Positions 12,591 to 25,466 of a DNA stretch of 64,000 nt are shown in pieces. The notes beneath the pieces were generated by a model. The model made no database searches and had not been told where the DNA came from. It saw only the letters and a list, made by a program, of their open reading frames with translations. The first letter of the stretch is position 1, and each line of letters opens with the position of its first letter. This DNA is from Callorhinchus milii. Taxonomy: Eukaryota. The position numbers were made by a program, and so were the translations under genes. The DNA lies in NCBI RefSeq assembly GCF_018977255.1, contig NW_024704742.1, positions 82,834,001 through 82,898,000 on the forward strand, read 5' to 3'.

Positions 12591-13249
12591 TTGTAATAAA
12601 ATGGAAAACCGAATTGAAAATGTGGCAGCATATGTGAACTCTTGTCAAATTTGGCACGCAGTTTGGATCTTTAATGCAATTTTACTTGGTAGAGATGGTC
12701 TTGATATGAATTGGCGACAATAAAGCAGCTGGTGCACGACTCTGTCATCCAAGACATGTTTTGGGAAGTGGACATTGACTCTGTAGTGGCCCATCGTGTT
12801 TACTGAATGATTGATCAGCTAGTTGGCTCTTCTAACCATTCATTGAACGCCTGGCCAGCAGTCTGGCTGTAATTCTTCTGGAATCTCAGGATTTTGATGC
12901 CCCAAATCCCGGGATCCTGAATTTTACTCATCCAAGATGCCTGTGATTGTTCTCCGCACTAATGGAGTACTGAGAGAGAGTGTCCCTCCATGGGGAGAGT
13001 GCCCAGGAGGCAACACATGGCCCACCCTCCCTTCTGCCTGGGCTTGGTCTTTATACAATCCCGAAATCCCTTAAATGAATCCTGGGATTTTGGGAGCACT
13101 ATTAGCATATGTGATCCCAGGATTGGGATTCTCAGGATTTCAACTTGGTAAGCAACACTCCACATGCTTGTTGGAATATCCGTGCATGACACTCTGCCTC
13201 AAGCTTATTGGTTGTATGAGGAGTGGAAAACATGTACTTGGGGTAAGTA

Positions 13250-14400
13250 GCTCATGCCCCACGAAATTATGGGAATTCTTTGAATTAGTGGATGAGGACT
13301 ATCCAGTGGATTTCTATTTAGATTTTCAGAAGGCATTTGGTGAAGTTTCTCCTGTTAAGAAGGTTAAAGCTTGTGGGACGAATAGCTCTCGAATTTGATT
13401 GAAAGTTGGCTCAGTAACAAGAGGTAAAAGATGATGTTCAATGGAACAAGCTGTGTCTGGGAGAGTTCCACAGCCATCTGTTCTGGTTGAATTGTTGACA
13501 TCGTTGTTCAGTTTATAAGTCACGAATTGATTTATGTCCAGTGGTTTACTTACAAAATAGGTAGTGAATACACTTTAGAGTAAATCCTACAAAGCATTTT
13601 AAGATGTTCTCCTGGCACTGTATCAAATAATACTGCATCAAATAATTCTATAATAATCCTTACAGATTATTATAGAATTATTAGTGATATGTGCACCTAT
13701 CCAGATGTGTTGGAGCCTTTCCCACTGAAGCTTACTGTGAAGCTCACCCCACCCAGAGATTCAAGCTCCCGACATTTCCACGTGTGTGCAGGAATCGCTC
13801 GTTCAGAATCAGTTTGCAACCGTGGCAAATCAGACCCCGTGATTCATTGGTTCTTTGGAGGAGAGAATTACGTGTGATACAAAATTAGCTTGTGATACCA
13901 AAGTCAGCAGATGGGCCAAAGAGGAGCAGATGGAATTTAATGCAGATAAAAGCAAGTTAATGGGTGTTGGAACATGGAAGAGTAAAATAACCCTGAAAGG
14001 ACATCATATGTTAGCAGATCCTCTCCTATAACTTAAAACCATTAAGTATGTGCACCTATCCAAATGTGTCGCGGCCTTTCCCACTGATGCTTTCCAGAGG
14101 ACTGTGCCTTCAGTTATTTCCCACTCCCACCACCCTTACATTCCCGAATGGAAAAGGCAAGCAAAGATATTTGCGTATGATTATTAACCAGGTCAATATG
14201 ATGCAACTATTGATAAGGCTTATCGATTACAAGTTTGTATCTTAAGGGACTTTAGCTGTAAGTTGAAAGGTATTTAACGTGCCTAGACATGATGGGCTGA
14301 ATGGTCCTGAATTATGCTGTAATTTCTATGCCTCTATCTTCTTTGAAAGCTTGTGTGTTTACAATTGAATCGTGTGTACAGTTTTGGTACCCTTGATACC
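13250..14400 (+). mobile_element. Highly decayed, interrupted CR1 reverse-transcriptase remnant
   Basis: SCPTKLWEFFE...YLDFQKAF (13250-13340), a VPQxSVL-like motif (~13465), WAKEEQMEFNADKSK (~13912) and CVQFW (~14373) occur in CR1 order, separated by other inserts. Confidence 0.75.
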
Positions 14401-15466
14401 CTTCAACATTTAACATTTGCCTACAAAAGACACAGTCACTGCACTTTGTAGTAAGATCCTATCCTGGAGAGTGCTTTGAATCATTCTCCCAAAGTGAAAG
14501 CACACTATCGAATGCAAGACTCAAGATTATTATTTTGCTTGGTTTGTGGAAGGACTGGGCCTGTTCTTAGCTTTTCTATCTTCCCTGATTTACAATGAGG
14601 TGCAAATAAACAGTGGAATCATAGCTTTCTGCTGACATTGCTGAAAACCTCATGAAATGGCTGCATGGGACAGAATATTCCTGCCCATTCTCAGTATTGG
14701 AGGATGTAAGAATAGTTACTGACAGAAAGAATCAAATAACCACAGGTAGTCACAACAACAACTAGGTGCATTTATATCACTCTTCACCCGGGGTAACTTC
14801 TCGGTGTGTCACTTTCTAGTATTGGCAAACCAGGCCAGACTTCTCTGTAGACCTCTAATATAGTTGCAAAGTGTCTGTGATAATAGGTTGTTTTAAACTG
14901 CCAGGGGAAAGTTTTACCAGGAGACAATTAAAGTGTTTAGAAATACCATAAATAAGAATGGAATTAAAACAAGCACATTAAAATCAGGTATAAAAATAAG
15001 ACTTTAGTCAGTGCAGTAATAAGGAATTCCACGACAGATGCACATCCCCGCAATTTTAAGCCCATTATTTAAATTGATCTCATTGAGGTGCATTTATGCA
15101 TGGTTTAATTGTGTGAGTACTGTATTCATTCTAATAAACTTTTGCAATAACTGGAATAAATAGAGAAATCCTGGCAGCAGAGTGCTGATGACAGCTTAGT
15201 TCCTGGATGTCTCCTTACAAACCATGCAGCAGTCCCCATGTCTTCACTTCCAAAAGCTTTCACCTCTAACTGTGCAGTTTTACCAGATACCCACTCGCAT
15301 TGATGGAATATAATTGATTGTGCTAAAGAAATTGAATTGACTGCATCAGGATATTGGGCATCCAGTTCCACATTCTGCTAGGGAATTAATAAAACCATGG
15401 CGATATGCTACTGTGACCTGTGTTTTTTAAGCTTTGCTTTATCAGTTGGACAATAAATGTTGTCAG

Positions 15467-15835
15467 AATGTCTCAACACACTTTACTGTAATTATTATCA
15501 AGTGTTTGTAGGCAAACATAGAAGACATTTGCCAGCAGCAATCTTCCACAGCAGCCATGAAGTGAATGAAATAATTAATGGGCAAGATTGTTGCCAGGGC
15601 ACCAGGAGAGACTGCCTTCTCTTTTCGAGTAGTACCATGGGATCTTTCACATCTCCCTGAAAAGACAGGCAGGGCCTCAGTTTAACATCTCATCTGAAGT
15701 GATGGTATTGCAGGCAACTCAGTGCTCCTCACTGGACCATCAATCTAATCTCTGATCTCACGATCCCAAGTAAGGTTTGCACCCACACCTTCTGACCTTG
15801 AGTGGGCAGTGCTGCCAATTAAGCCAAGCTGACAC
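15467..15835 (-). mobile_element. Deu-core SINE
   Basis: Reverse complement begins GTGTCAGCTTGGCTTAATTGGCAGCACT and contains the Deu core. Confidence 0.8.
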
Positions 15836-18142
15836 TCAGTATACCCGAGTACACATTTAAAATGACTTAAAAGGGTAACACTAGCAAAGGGTATCACATT
15901 TGGTGGAAGACGAGAAGGTTATAGTTGAATTAACTGAACAAACATTAAACCAGGGGTCTTATCATTTCGGATGGTTCTATTGGAAAACATACAATGAGTT
16001 GCCAATGTGAGTGTTGTTATATGTGGGAAGGCAATTAGGAATCAAGTGAAGGCTAGCTGTTTCTCTACAGGGAGAGAGGCTAAATCAAACGGGGCACTGG
16101 CCGATCACTAACATCTCCAAATGGCTGGATGAACACCACCTATTTACAGAGGCCTGGAAGGATGTTGCCTGACGCCGAATGTTTAAACACATTCTAAAAA
16201 TTACTGTGGAGTTTGGAGCCCAGGATAGGATTTCACAAATGTTGAGAGTTAGAGAAATTTGGACACATTTTAGAGTAGAATTCTGGACCTCCTATGTTCT
16301 GCAGGACCTCCTTGGTATCACGTTGCTGGATGCCTTCAAATCCACCTCATGAAGTCTCTGTTTGGAAGGTGATTTTCCAAGGTGTTAGAACCCTCAAAGT
16401 ACAGGGTCTGCACTGCATACGGGAGATACAAAAAATACTGCCTTTAAGACCTGCTTTTTAGAGCTCATTCAATGATATTGTGTCAAACTAGACTACATCC
16501 ACAGAGCTGCTGGGAGCCATCCCTTTACAGGCATTGATGCAAGTGGTCTGTGGAGATTGTCAGCTGTATTTTGTTACCAGATATCTGTGCTCAGAGAACA
16601 CGATCCTCTGTATATTGGTGGTGGTGGGGGGGAGTGAATGTTTCAGAGTTGGCAATGCATGCTTATTATATGCAGAATCCTGACACCGGTAAATTTACCC
16701 CCTTCCCCTACCTTCCTATCGAGTTTCACTTCCGATACCAGTGACAAAGAAGCAAAACTGTTCCTGTGGATCAGTCTCTAGTCACAGGGTAAGAGTGACA
16801 TCAGCCCGATCTCCATGCTTTCAGCACTTATTCTCTGAGTCGATATTGCCGCCTGATGTGAACTTTCTAATAGAACAGAAAAAGATCCTACCCACTGCAC
16901 CACTATTCAGCCTCCTCTTGCTTTTGAACTCCGAATGGTTTTGTCTTTTTACCCCGGGAAAGCTTCCGTTCAAGAACATTTGGAAAGAAACAGTACAGTT
17001 GTTATTGATATTGAGATTGCATCAAAACGAGGAAGGTGTGGAGCTGCACGACCCTGGCACTGTTTAGAGATGTAGGTTTGAAATTTGTACTCTGATGAAG
17101 GAATGTTGTTCCAAAGCCAAAGATTGATTTTTTTTAATGAACAGAATTGTCATCGTCCTAGCTACCTGTCTGCAGGCTGCCAGGACATTGGCAAGGAACC
17201 CAACTGCTTGTCTCCTTCATGTAAGATTATTGAATGGTTCCTGCAGCGCAATGATATGAATTAACAAGGACGAGGGTTCGGGAGTAAATTTACTGCCTGT
17301 TAGCAATGTGGCCGTTAGCAATCTTAAAGGATTGCCTGAAAGTAGTTTAAAATCGACAGGATGAGGATTACATCCAGCCTTCTCGTTGACTATAATGGTC
17401 ACCATTATTCTACCAGAGTCAGTAAGGAAATAACCACATTGATTTATGAGTGCCTCTTAACAGCTGCTATGTACGTTAGAACATCTGCAAAAGTGCATTC
17501 ATTACCTATATTGGAAATTCAAATGAAGAAAATATTTTGAAAACATTTTATTTGTATGGTTATAATTTAACTGTCTCCGAATACAAGTACAATACCTCAA
17601 CACTTTTTTTAAAATAAAAAAAGCAACATTTAGTCCATTCACTGAGGTTCTGCTTCTGTTGTATAATGTAAAACATGGAGTCTCAAAATATTGAATAGCT
17701 CCTTTATTTGCTTAGTACATTATAAATAGAAATCTCATAAATGGTGTATTAGTTTAGCTGAGGCTTCTATTGATTTTTTGCTGGTACGTGGTGTTGCTTG
17801 TGTTTCCAGGCAGTGAGACGGATTAGGAATACACAGAGCAAAGGTTTGCAAGACCAGTCTTCACTGCTTGTGTTAGGCTGTGCCCTTAATGTAAAAAGTA
17901 ATTGTTGCCATTGTTGTGTGGATGGTGGTACCAGATTAATAATTAAAGAACGAAAGCTTTTATTTCCACGTATCATCGGAGTTCCTACTGTAAAATAAAA
18001 TCCTCCTGGGAGGAATCCTCCCTGATTTCAAGGATATGGGCAATAGGAGCTCCAGATGTGCATTAAGCACATAAACTGAAAAGGGAAAAGGGAAATATTA
18101 ACATCTTACTTCCCAGTGGGGGTAATGACTCAAATTTCCAAT

Positions 18143-18411
18143 GGCCTGAATTCTAAGGGTCAAAATATATCATGGCCATAAGATCTTGCATTTTAAAATC
18201 AGGCAGAATTTTTAAACATTTTTAAAATTTGGTCATAATATGGAAGACTTTTTTCTAGTTTCTAAAAAGAACTGGCTCCCAAAATAAGATTATAGAAAAC
18301 CTGTGCCATCTTAAATTTTAAAACAAAATGGTTGAAGCACTTTATTCTGCGCAGTCTTTAACTTGAAGCAACATTATCTTGCTGCCTAAGACGAGGATGG
18401 AATTTCAGGAC
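18143..18411. mobile_element. Palindromic MITE copy
   Basis: Termini GGCCTGAATTC ... GGATGGAATTTCAGGAC; AT-rich, self-complementary body. Confidence 0.6.
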
Positions 18412-19149
18412 TATAAATCTCTTAATAATACTGAGATTGGGAATTTAGCATTTGGGGAATCACAAATCTGCATCCTGCGATTATATGGCATAATATCCTA
18501 GAACAACTGTGTACGTGCAAATATGATGCCTGCTCCCATGGTAGGGAACGCAGAGCGCTGTGTGAAAACACATGTTGAGATTATTTCTGGGTTCCCACTT
18601 ATTGACACTGTTGTGCTGGAAGGGAGTACTTATAATGTGATAACGCTTGTTGGTGCATTAACCTAGAACATGAATCTAAATAAATCAGATTAACAGCAGT
18701 CAAAGGCAACCCGATGAACTGAATGTTGGATGAGTTAAGGATTGTTGGATAGGTTTCAAAAGTAAGGCCCATTGGAACAACAAATGCATGCACATGATGA
18801 CTTTAGTGAAGGAAAAGGATTTGCACGCAGTGAATGACTTGTTGCTGAATATTTCTGCCAATCTGAAGCAGTTATCAATGACTCTGAGCAAGGACTCGAT
18901 GCAGGTTGGTTTGTTTGACTATAAGTTTAAATGAGTTTTTCTGATCTATTGATTACTGGCGAGGTCCCATTTGGCAGATTGGGGTCAATTTTGTAGTACT
19001 TTTTAATTGATACCTTAATGGGTAAGGTTTCAATTAAAAACTCTGACATAAGAGAGCCTCACTCTGAAAATAATTTCAACCTGAGTCATGTTAAGAGATT
19101 TAGAGAACTGAAATTCCAGGCTCGAAATCTGGAGCCTTTCAAATTCTAG

Positions 19150-19985
19150 TCTAGGTTGGCATTCCAATACGGTGCTGGGGGTACACTGTATTGTCAGAGG
19201 TGGGTGTTAAAAGATCCCATGGCACTCTTCAAAAAGAGAAGGGAGTTTTTCCAGGTGTCCTGACCAACAATCCACCAAATGAAACTCATCATTTATTTCA
19301 TGGCTGTTTGTGGGGCATTGTCTGCTGCATTCTCCTACAAAAATACACAGTCATTACATTTTACACCATATCATATGAAGCACTTTGAGACAGCCTCCTG
19401 ATGCCCTCCTCGTCGGTCTCCCCTCCACTACCATCCATAAAATCCAGGTCATACAAAACTCTGCCGCCTGCATTCTTACCCGCACCAAACTCCACTCCCC
19501 GATTACCCCAGTCCTTGCCAGACTGCACTGGCTGCCTGTCCCAGAGGGGATCGACTTCAAGATCCTCACCCTTGTCTTCAAATCCCCCCACTCCTCTGCA
19601 TCCCCCTACCTCTCTGACCTCCTCTCTCCTCACAACAGTACCTGTTGCCTTTGTTCCACTGGGTCTGGTCTCCTCCTTGTCCCCCGAATCCTCCGCTCCA
19701 CCCTCGGCGGCCGTGCCTTCAGCCACTACGCCCCGAGGCTCTGGAACTCCCTTCCTCACTCCCTTCGCCTCACCCCCTCTCTTCCTATTTTCAGGTCTCG
19801 GCTGAAGACCTTTCTTTTCGACCGCACCTTTGGTTACCTTCCTCCACCCTCTCCCTGGCTCGGGCCCGGGATCCGTTACTGTGAAGTGCTCTGAGACGCT
19901 GTCTGGTGTGGAGAGCGCTATATAAATCCAAGTTCTTGTTGTTGTTGTGAAAGGTGCTATATCAAATGCAAAGAATATTATTATT
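19150..19985 (+). mobile_element. Deu-core SINE split by an L2 insertion (SINE parts 19150-19400 and 19946-19985)
   Basis: The tail ...TTTGAGACAGCCTCCTGA resumes as TGTGAAAGGTGCTATATCAAATGC after the L2. Confidence 0.85.
19401..19947 (+). mobile_element. L2 LINE, 5'-truncated, with intact ORF2 C-terminus and 3' tail
   Basis: Open frame IQVIQNSAACILTRT...ITPVLARLHWLPV...IDFKIL...GGRAFSHYAPRLWNSLP...FRSRLKTFLF is a typical L2 ORF2 end; (GTT)n tail. Confidence 0.95.
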
Positions 19986-20377
19986 TCTGGGTATCAGGAT
20001 GCAAAGATCCGAGGGATATTTACTTTTCACCAGTTAAAGAGGGTTTGCTTGGGAAATTATCTGGGTTTTATAGTGCTGAGTGGCACTGATGATGTGGATA
20101 TAAACATGCAATTTAACTTGGACTGTGAGCACAGATTTCGAGGACACAGGTAAAATATTAACAGGTCTCAGGCTTGATTAGAAAAATATCAGCACAAACT
20201 ATTTATGCTTTGTTAGATTAACTGCTTCAAAAAGAAACCTTCTGAGCAGGGCTGAAGATCAGAACAATAATTCTTGTCTGAGATGATCAAATGTTCCACG
20301 GCACAGAGTGTTTGTGTGCTGCTGGGACTATGAGAATTTCATCTGTGGAAAGCAACTGGTCCGAGTTTAATAACAGA

Positions 20378-20596
20378 GGTTTGAATTCCACCTAGACTGA
20401 TCCTGCAAGGCCATTTTGCTTTTGTGCAGAATTGTGGAAAATTCTCGATTTCAGTCTCAAATTGGAAGCTGATTCTACTTACAGGAACCGAGACCAACTG
20501 GCCAGCTCTGTTTCTGACTGAATTTAAGAATTTTGCTTGATTTCACATGATCTAAAATTCTAAAACCAAAATAATGTTAGACAGGGTGGAATTTCA
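20378..20596. mobile_element. Palindromic MITE copy
   Basis: Termini GGTTTGAATTCCACCTAG ... GGGTGGAATTTCA. Confidence 0.7.
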
Positions 20597-20782
20597 TAAG
20601 AGGAGATATTAGACTTTGTGGTGCTTTGCTTAATTACCTTTAAGGATTGTGGAGTACATAAACAGAACCTTTACATCAGGACTGCTGAATAAATTTGGCA
20701 GAGTTCATAATAGAGTATGTCTGTGCATGATTTGTGAATTCTTAGGCTTGAAAGGTCAAATGCCTTTTTTAATTCTATAATC

Positions 20783-21116
20783 AACTCTAATGTAGTGCTA
20801 GGAGCACCGCATTGTTGGAAGTGCCGTCCTTCGGATGAAATATTAAGTCCTGTCTCTCTGTTCAGACTGACGTTACAGATCCTATGGCACTATTTGAAAA
20901 GAGAAGGGAGTTCCTCCTGCTGTTTGGCCAACAATCCCCCAAATAAAATTGATCATTCACTGCATGACTGTTTGTCGGACATTGCTGTGTGTAAATTGGC
21001 TGTCACATTTGCCTTCAATTACAGTCACCAGACTTCACAGAAAAGAACTTGTGAAGCACTTTGTGATGTGATAAGGGGCCATATTACATGCAAGAATTAT
21101 TAATGTTATTATTATT
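20783..21116 (+). mobile_element. Deu-core SINE lacking head
   Basis: GGAAGTGCCGTCCTTCGGATGAAA...GATCCTATGGCACTATTTGAAAAGAGAAGGGAG followed by the tail. Confidence 0.85.
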
Positions 21117-22436
21117 TTTAGGATTCTCTATATTGTTATTCTGAATCGGTTAGCTGTACTTGATCTGGTACTTATCGATGCTTACTGTGAGTGCTTGAGT
21201 GGAACAGTGTCCTGTTTGCCCCCTTCACATCATTCATCATATAGTAACCGTAACACGATCTCAATTCTTAACAAAAAGATGTTTCTATGACAAATGCCAG
21301 CAGCTTTCTTGACTGAAAGCATTGGTGGAGCACAGAGCTCACCCAGCTATAAGAACACGTCTAGGATTACAGCAATGTTGTGTGTCGTTTTCTCCATGCA
21401 GTAAAATATGTTGCTCTATGTACCAAAGAAAATGTTTTCAGCGAATTTTGAGTAACTGATGTTGGAAAGTTTTTTTTTTATAGCAGTGAAGAATGTAGTG
21501 ACAATTTTACTGTAAAACCGGAGGTATTTGTGGCACTAGTTTTACAGAATGATCAGAATAATAGAGTATATAAAAAAAGTCATAAAAACGTGAAATGATC
21601 ACTTTAATGGGAGCACTGAAATGACAATGTTGCCTTTCCCCTCCTTGTTGATGTCTTCTATCCTTCTCCTACCCCTTCGAGACTGTAAGTGCCTCACAGT
21701 TCGCTTCAGTTACAACTCTCTGTGGAGCCGATTACCAGACCTTTCCCCACATTAATCTTCAAACATTCTAGATAGACCTACTTTCAGTGACCGAGAGCTG
21801 TCTGTTGCAAAATAAGGCACTGCAGTGAAATATGTGGAACCTTCACATCATTGCCCCCTTCACATCAAAATACAATGTGCTAAAGCTTGTGTTCTTTTAT
21901 ATTCCTGAAAAAATTTTGACTTTTCAAAAAGGTAAAAGTGAAATGCAAAGCATTATTAAGCTTTACCAAGACTACACTATCACAAGACTATGTGGTGGTA
22001 GAGCTGGAGGTAGACAACTGAGGCTGATTGGCTTTTGTGTGAATGAGCCAGGATGCTCACTGTTATGTAAGAATTAAGTATCTTGTCATTTCTGCTTTAT
22101 CAATATGAACTTCGAGCAGTGATACTATTGGCGTGGAGAGGACTCTGGACTGTTATGTTGTGGAATAAAGTGTGTGAATGAGTGTTACGCAAATGGAAGC
22201 AAAAAGTTCAGAAATCAAGAATAGCAAAGGCAAAAAGAAGTCCAGTGGGTTAGTTACACAGCAGCGATTGGATAATGTGCTTCTACTGAGGTTGAAAGGA
22301 GAACATCTGGAAAGCATTAATCTCAAATTAATAAGCATTTGCCTCAGAGCGCCGAACTTGGTGGTGAGTTGCAATGCATTTAATTTAACCCTTTCTTAAT
22401 AAAAATCTGTGCACTTTAGAGAGAATTATTGTCATT

Positions 22437-22546
22437 ATAATAATAATACTTGCATTTGATGTAGCGCTTTTCACGTCTTCTCGACGTCTCAAAGCACTTC
22501 ACAGAATAGACTGCAAAATGAATTGACTGTATATTTGTGGGCGAAA
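22437..22546 (-). mobile_element. SINE tail-only copy (~110 nt)
   Basis: Tail homology ends at TTTGTGGGCGAAA. Confidence 0.85.
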
Positions 22547-22674
22547 TTATTATTATTACCATGGAGCGAGCATGCCTCAGATCAGAGACTCTATTCCATG
22601 TTTGCTGTAGATTTATTTCTATATGTTTAACCCCACTGTGTCACTTCAATATTGAACAAATACGAAAGGTAGGG

Positions 22675-22990
22675 TGGAACTGCACCTATTTTCATTGGAA
22701 CAGAAAAGGCTGAGGGGAGACCTGATGAGGTCTTTAAAATAATAAGGGGGGTTTGATAGAGTCAAGAGAGTAAAATGATTTCCACTGGTCAGTGAATCAA
22801 TGACTAGAAGGCATCAATTTAAGTAGCTAGTGAAGGAGCAAAGTGGGAAGATTAGTAGGAATTTCTTTGCATGGAGACTTGTTAGGATGTGGAATAGCCC
22901 ACCAGGTGCAGTGGTCGAGGCAGAATCCATATTAGCATTCAAGAGGGAACTAGATAGATATCAAAAAAGAAACCGTATATAAGGATGGAT
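22675..22990 (+). mobile_element. CR1 LINE 3' fragment, decayed
   Basis: LFSLEQKRLRGDL...GFDRV...TRRHQF...WNSPP...FKRELDRY. Confidence 0.85.
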
Positions 22991-24094
22991 TCATCAGGGA
23001 TCTCCCTCCCACTTAATCCCACTTCTCCCTCTGGCCTTCCCAATATATGGGAACATTGGAAATCACCGACCCCAAACCTGACAGAGGAGGCTAAGATTAG
23101 GACTTCCCACCCCTTTTGAGAATGTTATAATTGAAGCCTCACTGTAAGCACATGCCACCAAGATTGGGACATTTATACTTACATGTAGCAAAGCACAACT
23201 CGGGCTTTACCATCAAGGTCCGTAAATTTACTGACAAATGGTTAATAACCCACAAGGTATTTTTACATGCTTCACAAAGCAACTGTTGGTTCTAACGGTT
23301 CTGTTCCCCAGTTTGTAATACGGAAAATATAAACTGACGAGAAGAGAGTGTTTGAGTCACTGGCACTCAACATTGAGACCGAAAAACAGTCTTTGCAAAT
23401 TTCCATATTATTATGAGCATTTTTGCTTTAAAAATGCAAGAATTCTTAGTGTCCCCCACTTCCCCCTCAGCACTAGTTTCTGGTCTTTTTCATTTCAGTT
23501 TGCATTAATCTGCCTTTTACCGCACCTCCCAGTTGGGTTGGTCTGCCATTCATGTGCATTGAAGTATGCTGGTGGAGTCTGGTTGTTAAACTCTTGCTGC
23601 TTGAACAAGCATTTGCTGCAGATGCAGGTGATCTGTGAGGCAGTGCAGGTAAATGAATGGGGTTTAGCTCTGCAGTATGGGCATCGTCCAAGATCTATGT
23701 GTACATTGCAAGCAGATTTCTGCTGCTTCCAACAGAAATTGTGGTATACTTTCCTTGCACTGGCTTCTTATTACTGGTAAATAAGTAAGTGCAAGCCAGC
23801 AACTTAAAAGAAAAATACTAATTGAGACCAAATTAGCTTTGGGTGGAGTTATGATCTTTGGCAGTGTTGGCCAAAAAAATGGGAGGAGATGTTCTGAAAG
23901 GTTTTTTTTCTCCTTACGTTGGTTCCTTTCTATGCCATGCAGGCTTCTGCCAGTGATTCTTGAGTCAGGTTGGAGATCACCAGTAGCAGTGGGTTAATAC
24001 ATCGCCCTGTATGTCCATGCTCTTCCTTTAATGGGGAACATCTCATCTTCATCAGGCAGCTAGCATTTAAGCGCCAGCTCCTCTCCTGTGGGAC

Positions 24095-24240
24095 AAATAA
24101 TAATAATAATCCTTGTATTTAATATAGCTCCTTAGCGCACTGTTGAGATATCTCAAAGCGCTTTGCAGGATATACTGTAAAGTGGATTCACTGTATATTT
24201 TGTGGGCAAAATGCAGCAGCCAGTTTGCGCACAGCAGTTT
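24095..24240 (-). mobile_element. SINE 3' fragment
   Basis: Reverse complement of the shared tail. Confidence 0.8.
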
Positions 24241-25242
24241 TCGGTTACAGAAGGAAACAGGTCTTTTTTTCTTCTGTAGGTTTATAAAAATCTTTTGAGT
24301 CGGAGCAAAAAAGTAAGAGGCAGATCCACTTTGCTTTTGAGAAGTCGATTCTTGCAAACTGACCATCTCACTTTATCTACTGCTTGGTTTCAAGCCTGAA
24401 TCATATTTATGACTTGAGTCCCCGGTCTATCTACCTGAGTACACAAGATAATCTGAAGCAAAGGCTGTGTAGTTTTAATCATCTCCCTGTTCCAGTGACT
24501 TGATGTGGCTTGTCAAGGGCTGGAATCGGATAGTCAGAAAGTTGGACCTTGTTCAAGTATGCAGCAGTGAATTACAGCTTACATGTACTGAGAAGAATAG
24601 ATAGCTGGAGGGATTTATAATACTCCCATTTATTCAAGACATTTTCATGATGCCAGAACCCACAAGAATTAAATTCTAGCATCTTATCAACACAAACGGA
24701 CTTTGTGGTTGAATCGCTGCCTGATTTTATCCTCCCACCATCTATTAGATTAAAACTTTGTCATCGTTGATGTTGAGTAAGATTACAAAGATGTCCTTTG
24801 ATGGCTAAAGAGTCCATTGCATGTTCTATGATTTTGGACAGTCAAATGCTATTGAGTCAAGCTGAATGTTGTGCAAAATTATGCTGCATAGGAAGGGTGC
24901 AATATGTTTGGGTTTTAGCTTCCAGATTGCCCTGACCGATAACATGCATTGAACATTCCCAGATTTCTAAACTGAAGTCTGCAAAGTATAGAATGAGTCA
25001 GTCAATCAAATGCAGAATGGCATTTTACTGACAACTCATACCTATGCTTGGTGACTGTAAGGTAAAACATGTTGTGTGAGATGTTCCAATGATAACTGCA
25101 TCAAGGAGCAACTCCCCTTCCTCCCTGGATTTCAAATGGTTTTGCCCACTAACCTCTTGTTGTACCTGTTGAGATGGCCGATTGCACCTTTTGATCCCGT
25201 CACCATGCAGATCTCAACTTTTACATGATGATTCGGAGAATT

Positions 25243-25466
25243 ACAAACAACATTTATGCAGCGACTTTCGCAATGGGAGGATATCCCAAGGTGCTTAACA
25301 ATTCCTGCTTGGCACCCAAGTTGGGGGTGGGAACCGAGGGGGTGGGAAGGGAATGTATAGTTAAACAGGTAGGTATTGAGATAGACGTTGAAAGAGGTGA
25401 AGGAGGGAGGGAGTCGGAGGGACTCTGGGATGGACTTCCAGAGATTGGGAGCCAATAGGCTGAAAG
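25243..25466 (-). mobile_element. L2 LINE 3' fragment
   Basis: Minus-strand FSLLAPNLWKSIPESLRL...LNTYLF matches the L2 ORF2 end. Confidence 0.8.

Noticed and set aside
13688..14092. Direct repeats as a CRISPR-like array
   Set aside because: Only two units with a 313-bp spacer, in vertebrate repeat context and with no cas genes.
18794..18866. ATGATGA...CTGA resembling a C/D box snoRNA (also ~26819-26921)
   Set aside because: No convincing terminal stem, no C'/D' pair and no clear long rRNA complement; such motifs are expected by chance.
19361..19894. Overlapping long ORFs on both strands
   Set aside because: One is the L2 ORF2 end; the others are shadows of its C-rich composition.
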